Shown: piece by piece, positions 57,828 through 64,000 of the stretch
Layout of the letters: every line of letters starts with the position of its first letter
Numbering within the stretch: the first letter of the stretch is position 1
IMG/VR virus record: IMGVR_UViG_3300035034_000851
Span: 1-64,000 of that record
Length of the DNA: 64,000 nt
Strand: one strand, 5' to 3'
Origin: a virus
Notes under the pieces: generated by a model
The model's input: only the letters and a program-made list of their open reading frames with translations
Databases searched by the model: none
Told to the model about the DNA's origin: nothing
Program-made: the position numbers and the translations under genes

Positions 57828-57917
57828 CAGTCAATATAAGAATCGAACTTATTACTCAGGATTTGGGTGAACTTAATCACTTAAAGTCTAGAACTCTACC
57901 AATGAGTTTAATTGACC
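57828..57917 (-). tRNA. tRNA-like gene with 18-nt anticodon-loop insertion (Trp-CCA or Sup-TTA); may be a pseudo-tRNA
   Basis: Acceptor GGTCAAT/ATTGACT, D-arm AACTC-ATTGGTA-GAGTT, T-arm ATAAG-TTCGATT-CTTAT, discriminator G, no encoded CCA; anticodon stem CTAGA/TCCTG has two mismatches. Confidence 0.65.
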
Positions 57918-57942
57918 AAAATAAAGGGGAAATTAATCCCCT
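57918..57942 (-). terminator. Terminator-like hairpin immediately 5' of the tRNA-like gene
   Basis: AGGGGA-TTAATT-TCCCC followed by TTTATTTT. Confidence 0.65.
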
Positions 57943-57964
57943 ATATTATAATTTATAAAAATGT

Positions 57965-58273
57965 TTAATCACAGTATGCTTGTGCAAATGCAGAAAACTC
58001 TCTTCCAGGATTTTTAGGGTTTATATTTATCTGCATAGATTCATTTTCTCTATTATCCCTATTTTCTAAATGAGTCACAGCTCTACCTGTTACAATCATT
58101 CTTGCTTTTTCTTTTTTAAAGACATCATTTTTATGACATTGTGCAAGACCAATAGTCATTTTAGTATTATCTTTAGGGTTAACTATTCCTCCTAAAGTTA
58201 TTTGATTTTTACCTCTTTTACCATAAAAGAAATACACTTTTTCTTGATTTACTACTTGTTCTTTTTTTCTCAT
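57965..58273 (-). CDS. Hypothetical phage protein
   Basis: 'IGLAQCH.ND.F.K..AR.I..GR' recurrent phage motif. Confidence 0.6.
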   Translation of the reverse strand: MRKKEQVVNQEKVYFFYGKRGKNQITLGGIVNPKDNTKMTIGLAQCHKNDVFKKEKARMIVTGRAVTHLENRDNRENESMQININPKNPGREFSAFAQAYCD

Positions 58274-58689
58274 TATCTAAATTTGTTATAAACGTGAATT
58301 AAACTTACTTGAACTTTTTTGTAAAAAATTTTAAATCCATTTTTAGTTATTTTTTTAACTTTTATGAATTTATTAACCATTAAATAGGTTTTTTTTCTAC
58401 CTCTAGTCATTTTTCTGTTTCCAGAATTAGGCATCTTAGCTTGACCCATCATTGATTTTCTTGTGGCTCTGTTAGGAATTCCAGTTGAAAATACTTTTAA
58501 ATTTCCATTTTCTTCAGAAGTTCTTGGACAATTTTCATCTAAAAAATAATTTTGAAGATATGTACTTTTTATAGGAGGGTTAAACTTAGCTGCATTAGGA
58601 TTTCCAGGCTTAGGAGCTTTTACTTTTCTAGCAATTTTTACTTTTTTAAACTTAGATTTGTTTTCAAAATATAATGATCTTTTTTTCAT
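58273..58689 (-). CDS. Highly basic hypothetical protein
   Basis: Lys/Arg-rich; coupled ORF. Confidence 0.55.
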   Translation of the reverse strand: MKKRSLYFENKSKFKKVKIARKVKAPKPGNPNAAKFNPPIKSTYLQNYFLDENCPRTSEENGNLKVFSTGIPNRATRKSMMGQAKMPNSGNRKMTRGRKKTYLMVNKFIKVKKITKNGFKIFYKKVQVSLIHVYNKFR

Positions 58690-58690
58690 A

Positions 58691-58933
58691 CTATCTTTTG
58701 TTTAAATTATTTATTGATTGCATTTGATAATTATTCTCCCAATTTCTGAGTCTTCTTTGAAAAGAATATATTGAGATGTGACTCCCTCTATATTCTCTTT
58801 CAACTCTACCATGTTCTAAATCTCCACCAGTAAAACACTGTTGAACTAAAGCATTAGGTAGCTTAGGATAATTACTAAATCTTTTTTTAAGATCTAAAGA
58901 CCATTTAATGTCTTCAATTGATATTACTCTCAT
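58691..58933 (-). CDS. Hypothetical protein
   Basis: Coupled ORF. Confidence 0.5.
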   Translation of the reverse strand: MRVISIEDIKWSLDLKKRFSNYPKLPNALVQQCFTGGDLEHGRVEREYRGSHISIYSFQRRLRNWENNYQMQSINNLNKR

Positions 58934-59151
58934 ATTGCTTCTACTGTTGCTTCTTTAGTTAAAATAACTTCTTCGCCTGTTATAGCATTAAAAAATAGAG
59001 TTCTATCTTCTTGGACTTCTTTTCTACACAAGATTCTTTTACCTTGCTGGCAATATTGATATTGACCAGGCTTCCAATAGAATCTTCTGTGATAGTTACC
59101 AAATTGTTTCCAAACTCTTTTAAGGTGATTTTCAAATATAATTAAATACAT
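58930..59151 (-). CDS. Hypothetical protein
   Basis: ATGA overlap with downstream gene. Confidence 0.5.
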   Translation of the reverse strand: MYLIIFENHLKRVWKQFGNYHRRFYWKPGQYQYCQQGKRILCRKEVQEDRTLFFNAITGEEVILTKEATVEAI

Positions 59152-59277
59152 GTTGTTTACCTACTATACTAGGATTTTAATTAACGTATAGAATAATTAC
59201 TCTTACAGTTTAAGGTACTGTAATAGAGTCATACCAACCTTCCCACTCACATACCTTGTATGGAGTATAGGGATATT

Positions 59278-59607
59278 TTAATAAATGTTATTATGATAGT
59301 AATCATTCATAATAACAGATTGAACATTTTTTAAACATTCTACAGCTGCAAAAGCTTTTACCAGTTTAAGAGGTAATTTTTTAGGAAAATCAAATTTAAT
59401 TGTAAATTCTCTTCCTTGCCTACTATGAAAAACAAAAGTAGATTCGCCATCATTTGCTTTTTTAAAACCTAATTCCATTTTAGGTATAATACAAGATTTT
59501 ACTTCAAAATGATTTTTTAAAAGTGTATCATAATGGCCTGCATAAAAGTTAACAATACCTTTATGACTTGTTATAACATTTTTTTTATTTTTTTCTATTT
59601 TGTTCAT
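59278..59607 (-). CDS. Hypothetical protein
   Basis: C-terminal 'AVECLKNV' resembles 'AVKCLKEV' of 59883-60212. Confidence 0.55.
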   Translation of the reverse strand: MNKIEKNKKNVITSHKGIVNFYAGHYDTLLKNHFEVKSCIIPKMELGFKKANDGESTFVFHSRQGREFTIKFDFPKKLPLKLVKAFAAVECLKNVQSVIMNDYYHNNIY

Positions 59608-59899
59608 TAAACATTTTGTTTATATAGAAATTATAACCTAAATGATAATCTTCATCTATTATTAATTTCTTTTTACTTTTATTTCTTTTACAATCCTCAA
59701 ATCCTAAATTAAATTGAGTAAGTTTACTACTTATTATTAATCCTTGATATATTAAGACAAAAATAATAATTATAAAAAACATTACTAAAAATTGTAAATT
59801 CTCGTAATTTTTAACAATAAAACTTATTGTTAATATAAATGTTAATATTGATAACAATACTAAAAATATTTTTGATCTTAATTTAAAACGGTAATACAT
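59585..59899 (-). CDS. Membrane protein (2 TM)
   Basis: Two long hydrophobic segments. Confidence 0.55.
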   Translation of the reverse strand: MYYRFKLRSKIFLVLLSILTFILTISFIVKNYENLQFLVMFFIIIIFVLIYQGLIISSKLTQFNLGFEDCKRNKSKKKLIIDEDYHLGYNFYINKMFNEQNRKK

Positions 59900-60212
59900 T
59901 TTCTACTTCTTTTAAACATTTTACTGCACACATTCCTTTAAAAACGTCCATTCTTAGAGTATTTATCTCTTCCAATTGAATATTAATTTCTCTATTATTT
60001 GTACAAAAATAAAAACCTCTTATAGGTTTCTGGTTTTTAACTGATTTTTCTACATAATCATCATGATCAATTATAAAATCATCTATCCCATTATTTTCAA
60101 ACAAATCATTTACTTCTTTTAAATATTCACCTTCTTTTCCTTCTATTTTACTATACATAGCGAACACACATGGAATCGAACCATAATCTTTTTTAAAAAA
60201 TGCTTTTACCAT
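59883..60212 (-). CDS. Hypothetical protein
   Basis: In-operon ORF. Confidence 0.55.
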   Translation of the reverse strand: MVKAFFKKDYGSIPCVFAMYSKIEGKEGEYLKEVNDLFENNGIDDFIIDHDDYVEKSVKNQKPIRGFYFCTNNREINIQLEEINTLRMDVFKGMCAVKCLKEVENVLPF

Positions 60213-60317
60213 TAAGCTATGTGTGTTCTTGAGAATTAGGTTCTCACGGCTTTGATCCTACCTTAAAAAGGTGCTCCAAATCTTGAGTAATACTCAAAAT
60301 TAATAATCTTTACTATT

Positions 60318-61046
60318 TTAATCTTTTTTTTCATATTCTAGTAGTAATTCAATTGATCTCATAGTATATGTATCAAACAAAATTTCAGGATGCCATTGTA
60401 CAGACACTATAGGATAACCTATATATTCCATTGCTTCTATTCTACCAGAATCAATTTTACCTAGAGCTGCTGTTACAACTGCTTTTTCAGTGTCACAAAC
60501 TTTAACACATTGATGATGTCTAGAATTAACATCCATAATGTGATTAACTCTTTCATCTTTTATTAATATGTATTCTCCTTTTTTAGCACCAGAAGCATGA
60601 GTATTAAAGAAATTCTTTAATTCCACTTTTTCTATAACTGCTCCAAATACATATTCAGACAAAGGTTCTATCTTATCTTGAATAAGCTTCATACCAAAAT
60701 GAGCAGCTAATTCTTGATGACCTCTACAAATGCCAAATATAGGCGTTTTACTCTCAACATATAATGGTAATACATTTCTAGTAAAAAAGTCTCTCTGTGG
60801 ATCTAAACGACCTACTAATGAAGATAATTCTTCATCATAAAGTGCAGGATCTACGTCAGCTCCACCAGGTAATATTAAAATGTCTAAGTCTTTAATAAAA
60901 TCATTAGTATGATGTATTAATACTAAATTTAATGTTTTTTCGGCTCTTCTTGCTATTTCTTCACAAAATCTTACATAAGCAATTCCCATGCCTACATGAC
61001 TTCTTACAGTCATATTTGTTACTAATCCAATTTTTAATTTGTTCAT
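60318..61046 (-). CDS. Second class I GATase-like / peptidase C26 (PuuD-like)
   Basis: 'PGGADVDP.LY', 'GICRGHQ', 'VNSRHHQ', 'VQWHPE'. Confidence 0.9.
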   Translation of the reverse strand: MNKLKIGLVTNMTVRSHVGMGIAYVRFCEEIARRAEKTLNLVLIHHTNDFIKDLDILILPGGADVDPALYDEELSSLVGRLDPQRDFFTRNVLPLYVESKTPIFGICRGHQELAAHFGMKLIQDKIEPLSEYVFGAVIEKVELKNFFNTHASGAKKGEYILIKDERVNHIMDVNSRHHQCVKVCDTEKAVVTAALGKIDSGRIEAMEYIGYPIVSVQWHPEILFDTYTMRSIELLLEYEKKD

Positions 61047-61171
61047 TTCTTGTTAATTTTTATTAGGTCTCTTTTGGATACTACTCCATTTTTTATTAAA
61101 TTCTTTGTAATTTTATTCAATCTGAATAAATAAAACAATTTTAATTTTAATCTCATTGATATTTTAAAAGT

Positions 61172-61201
61172 ATACTACTGCATATTTCTACACAGTAGTA
61201 T
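61172..61201 (-). terminator. Hairpin, possible terminator
   Basis: ATACTACTG...CAGTAGTAT 9-bp inverted repeat in an intergenic gap. Confidence 0.45.
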
Positions 61202-61209
61202 TTACTTAA

Positions 61210-61491
61210 TTACCTTGTTGTAGGGTATTTCTTTTTAAAAGGCTTTTTTGGTTCAAACTTATCTACTATTTGTTTAGTAAATTTGTTACCACAATGATTT
61301 GTTAAATAGTCTATTTTTCCAAGACTACTATTACCTAGATCATTTTTTCTACCTCTAGCACTATTAGATAGTACTCTTACAATTTGATTGCCATCTTTTG
61401 CAGATACAATTCTTACATCATTTTTAGTTGATAGTGATCTAATCACTTCATCTGGAGATGAATATCTCTTTTTACGTGTTACTTTGTTCAT
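61210..61491 (-). CDS. Hypothetical protein
   Basis: 'DLGN.SLGKIDYL..H' motif. Confidence 0.6.
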   Translation of the reverse strand: MNKVTRKKRYSSPDEVIRSLSTKNDVRIVSAKDGNQIVRVLSNSARGRKNDLGNSSLGKIDYLTNHCGNKFTKQIVDKFEPKKPFKKKYPTTR

Positions 61492-61505
61492 TGTTTTTTC
61501 TTGTT

Positions 61506-61772
61506 TTAATACCTTAAATTTGATTTATTTTTTTTAATTCTATCAGTTATAATATTGAACCATACTATGCAATTTACAAATTGAAAGAATGCCCATATAA
61601 ACAAAAATGTTGCTCTTTCTTCTAAATTTATATTAGGTAAATCCATAAATATTTGAAAAAAATGTTCTGATTCCCATACAATATATATTTTAATTAAATA
61701 AAATATACTATAACATATTATAGAAGTTATTAACATATTTAGACTTATTCTTTGATATTTAGCTAAAATCAT
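61506..61772 (-). CDS. Small membrane protein
   Basis: Two hydrophobic segments. Confidence 0.55.
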   Translation of the reverse strand: MILAKYQRISLNMLITSIICYSIFYLIKIYIVWESEHFFQIFMDLPNINLEERATFLFIWAFFQFVNCIVWFNIITDRIKKNKSNLRY

Positions 61773-62046
61773 CTTCTTTATGTGTGTTAATTATTCTTAT
61801 TACTGTAATTACAAATAATATAAATCCAGAAATACTATATACAAATCCTCTATAGTTCCAGTGATAATGGTGACCTTCTGATCCTCCAAAACCACCTTTT
61901 CCACATCTTTCACTTAAATCTAATAAATGTAAAGTATTAAAATTGTTATACCAAAATTCAGTGTCAGTAAAAAGTGACATTAACATCATACTTACAGATA
62001 ATAATATTACTTGTAATATTAATTTATTATATCCTTTTAATTTCAT
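61759..62046 (-). CDS. Small membrane protein with His-rich loop
   Basis: Two TM segments flanking 'C......GHHYHWNYRG'. Confidence 0.55.
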   Translation of the reverse strand: MKLKGYNKLILQVILLSVSMMLMSLFTDTEFWYNNFNTLHLLDLSERCGKGGFGGSEGHHYHWNYRGFVYSISGFILFVITVIRIINTHKEDDFS

Positions 62047-62048
62047 AA

Positions 62049-62252
62049 TTATTTCTTATAATGTTTAATTATTATGTAAAAAATGACTAACAACATTAAA
62101 GGCCACGCTATTAACGTGGAAAATAACATTTTATCAATGTCTTTACCATCATCTTTATTCCAAAATTCAATTCCATGCTTTTCAGTTAATGAAACTAATT
62201 TGAAATTAATCAATACTCCTATTAAAAAGTATATTATTAAATATAATATCAT
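62049..62252 (-). CDS. Small membrane protein
   Basis: Two hydrophobic segments, 'WP' motif. Confidence 0.55.
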   Translation of the reverse strand: MILYLIIYFLIGVLINFKLVSLTEKHGIEFWNKDDGKDIDKMLFSTLIAWPLMLLVIFYIIIKHYKK

Positions 62253-62253
62253 A

Positions 62254-62400
62254 TTAAAATCTTGTTACAGTTCCTGGATTCATTTTTCTTTGTGAACTAT
62301 TAAATCCATCTAAATTACCACTACAAATCAGTTCTACTCTATTAGTAGTTTTAACATTTGTAGGTTGTTTTACTTTAATTCTTGGTCTTTTATTTTTCAT
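62254..62400 (-). CDS. Small basic protein (48 aa, not in ORF track)
   Basis: MKNKRPRIKVKQPT...TRF*; fills the gap exactly. Confidence 0.45.
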   Translation of the reverse strand: MKNKRPRIKVKQPTNVKTTNRVELICSGNLDGFNSSQRKMNPGTVTRF

Positions 62401-62402
62401 AA

Positions 62403-62654
62403 TTACTTAAATTTTTTTTTTAAATCTGTTAGTATTTCTCTTGCTCCTATTAAATAAGATGTAGTGTCTAGGTAAGTAGGACAATTAGTATGTTTTAATT
62501 CTGTTTTTATATTTGATATTCTTTCATCAAATATAGCGTTAATTTCTTCTACAGTATAAGTTTTAACTGTTACTTTTGCTATAGGAGCTGGTGGTGGTTT
62601 TGATGTTTTACTTAATGGAGGTTTAGGTTTTATATGTATTTTTCTATAATTCAT
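62403..62654 (-). CDS. Hypothetical protein, Pro-rich N-terminus
   Basis: In-operon ORF. Confidence 0.5.
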   Translation of the reverse strand: MNYRKIHIKPKPPLSKTSKPPPAPIAKVTVKTYTVEEINAIFDERISNIKTELKHTNCPTYLDTTSYLIGAREILTDLKKKFK

Positions 62655-62657
62655 AAT

Positions 62658-63290
62658 TTATAAATTTTCTTTAATCCAATTGTTTATATTAGTAATTAAA
62701 AACTTTTTTTTAGTTCCATTTGTATTTGGATTTCCATTTCCAACAACATATTGAACACTTTTTGTTTTTAGTCTAAAATCATTAAATCCTTTTTTAAGAA
62801 AGATTTCAACTTCACTTTTACTATACATTTTTTCTTTAATCAAGTGTATTATTACTTCATTGTTAGGTGTTAATTTTAATCTCCAATCAGGTTTATCTAA
62901 TCCTGTAGGGTTATCATCATCGTAGTCACACCAATCAAGATATTCTAAGTTAACCTCATTAATACCGCCTTGTCTAGAATATTCTTCTACAAATGATTGT
63001 GGTATTTGGTTTACTCCAATAAGCTTCTTATCTGTTGTTGCTACAATTTTTCTACTACCATCAGAGTTTTTGGGTGTATTTGTGTCGCGAAGGTGAGCCT
63101 TAAATTTTTGTATAGAGTTTGTCACACTCCAATAGTACCAATCCTCATCTTTAATCTCTTCATCTGATGTGAAATAGAGATGACAAGCTTTACTGTCTCC
63201 ATAAGGATATAACAATAAACTAGGACCGTATCTATGAATAGCTCCGCTCTTTGCAGGTAACATTATTACCTGTACTGTTTCTAATTGCAT
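62658..63290 (-). CDS. Hypothetical phage protein
   Basis: 'HLYFTSDEEIK..DW', 'KIVATTD', 'IPQSFVEEY' recurrent phage motif. Confidence 0.65.
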   Translation of the reverse strand: MQLETVQVIMLPAKSGAIHRYGPSLLLYPYGDSKACHLYFTSDEEIKDEDWYYWSVTNSIQKFKAHLRDTNTPKNSDGSRKIVATTDKKLIGVNQIPQSFVEEYSRQGGINEVNLEYLDWCDYDDDNPTGLDKPDWRLKLTPNNEVIIHLIKEKMYSKSEVEIFLKKGFNDFRLKTKSVQYVVGNGNPNTNGTKKKFLITNINNWIKENL

Positions 63291-63302
63291 TTTGATTTTG
63301 TT

Positions 63303-63464
63303 TTAAGGTTTATTGAAAATTCCTACTACTACTCTATAAAGTAGCACAATAGGTGCAAAAATTATATGAGATGCAGAGTGTTCATTCCAATCATGTTGGT
63401 CACTTACACGACAACCATACGCTATCCATATTATTCCTGTTAATGTAATTTCTAATATTGTCAT
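63303..63464 (-). CDS. Small membrane protein (53 aa, not in ORF track)
   Basis: MTILEITLTGIIWIAYG...IIFAPIVLLYRVVVGIFNKP*. Confidence 0.5.
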   Translation of the reverse strand: MTILEITLTGIIWIAYGCRVSDQHDWNEHSASHIIFAPIVLLYRVVVGIFNKP

Positions 63465-63480
63465 AATTTTTAATTTTTTT

Positions 63481-64000
63481 AAAAGCAGGATTATACTCTC
63501 CTGCTAGGAGTTTTACTGTATTCTCAGTGATGTATTAGCACCATCTATATTTCTATAAATGGTCACAAGATAATTAGTACATGACTCGGATTACTTAATT
63601 CATCCTCCATTCTGTCTATCTCTTGTTGTAAACTCCTAAGTGTATTCTAACTACTTCTCAATGTTTTATTATAGTGTTAAATCTATTCAAACATACTATT
63701 GTTTCATCTAAGTAACGTCATTTAACAGATTAGTTACTATATCTCTATCCAACATATTACCATACAGTTGGTACACTTGATAAATTTGTATGTAATAACA
63801 CTAAGCTTAGACTGTAGTTTCTATTAAACCTGCTTACCTCCAGGTGCTTGTGTTATTACAATTTATATTCTATCTTTATTTAGTGACATTGACCACGGTT
63901 TTATCCATTTTCAGGACCGAGGTTAATCACAACGTCATAGGTTTAACGTATTTCTTTACCAATTTGGTTCATCATACATACACAAATTATAACCTATTTG
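63481..64000 (-). ncRNA. Candidate large structured non-coding RNA (may extend past the window edge)
   Basis: No ORF in the track over 520 nt; many nested inverted repeats, a GAAA-tetraloop hairpin and a 3' terminator-like hairpin. Confidence 0.6.

Noticed and set aside
28141-62295. Plus-strand short ORFs in the right arm (e.g. 28916-29098, 31885-32157, 46980-47345, 48788-49009)
   Set aside because: Antisense to well-supported minus-strand genes or to exon 2 of the split recombinase
63481-64000. Group I/II intron, tmRNA, RNase P RNA or CRISPR array as explanation for the non-coding end
   Set aside because: No P7 R/S elements, no domain V, no tRNA-like ends, no regularly spaced direct repeats

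Overview
AT-rich fragment of a crAss-like (Crassvirales) phage genome, probably infecting a Bacteroidota host (TTG-N20-TAnnTTTG promoters), read in the standard code. The left arm (1-27.7 kb, + strand) holds virion genes: tail ring and muzzle proteins, cargo proteins, a 4363-aa virion RNA polymerase (GSDFDVD motif, two HExxH motifs) and a 1583-aa protein with ART-like and PD-(D/E)XK domains. The right arm (27.8-63.5 kb, - strand) converges on it and carries replication and metabolism genes (PolA, DnaB-like helicase, primase, RecT-like gene split by a group I intron with an HNH endonuclease, class II RNR, dUTPase). It also holds a phiEco32-like amidoligase/GATase/ATP-grasp/GGCT cluster, a SET-domain protein, an IF3 C-domain protein and many small ORFs. 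The most notable unexplained items are: a >500-nt densely structured non-coding region at the right edge (candidate large ornate RNA); an adjacent RNA ligase and metallophosphoesterase that have both lost catalytic residues; and a tRNA-like gene with an 18-nt anticodon-loop insertion readable as Trp(CCA) or ochre suppressor(TTA). All assignments come from motif recognition by eye; no searches were run.
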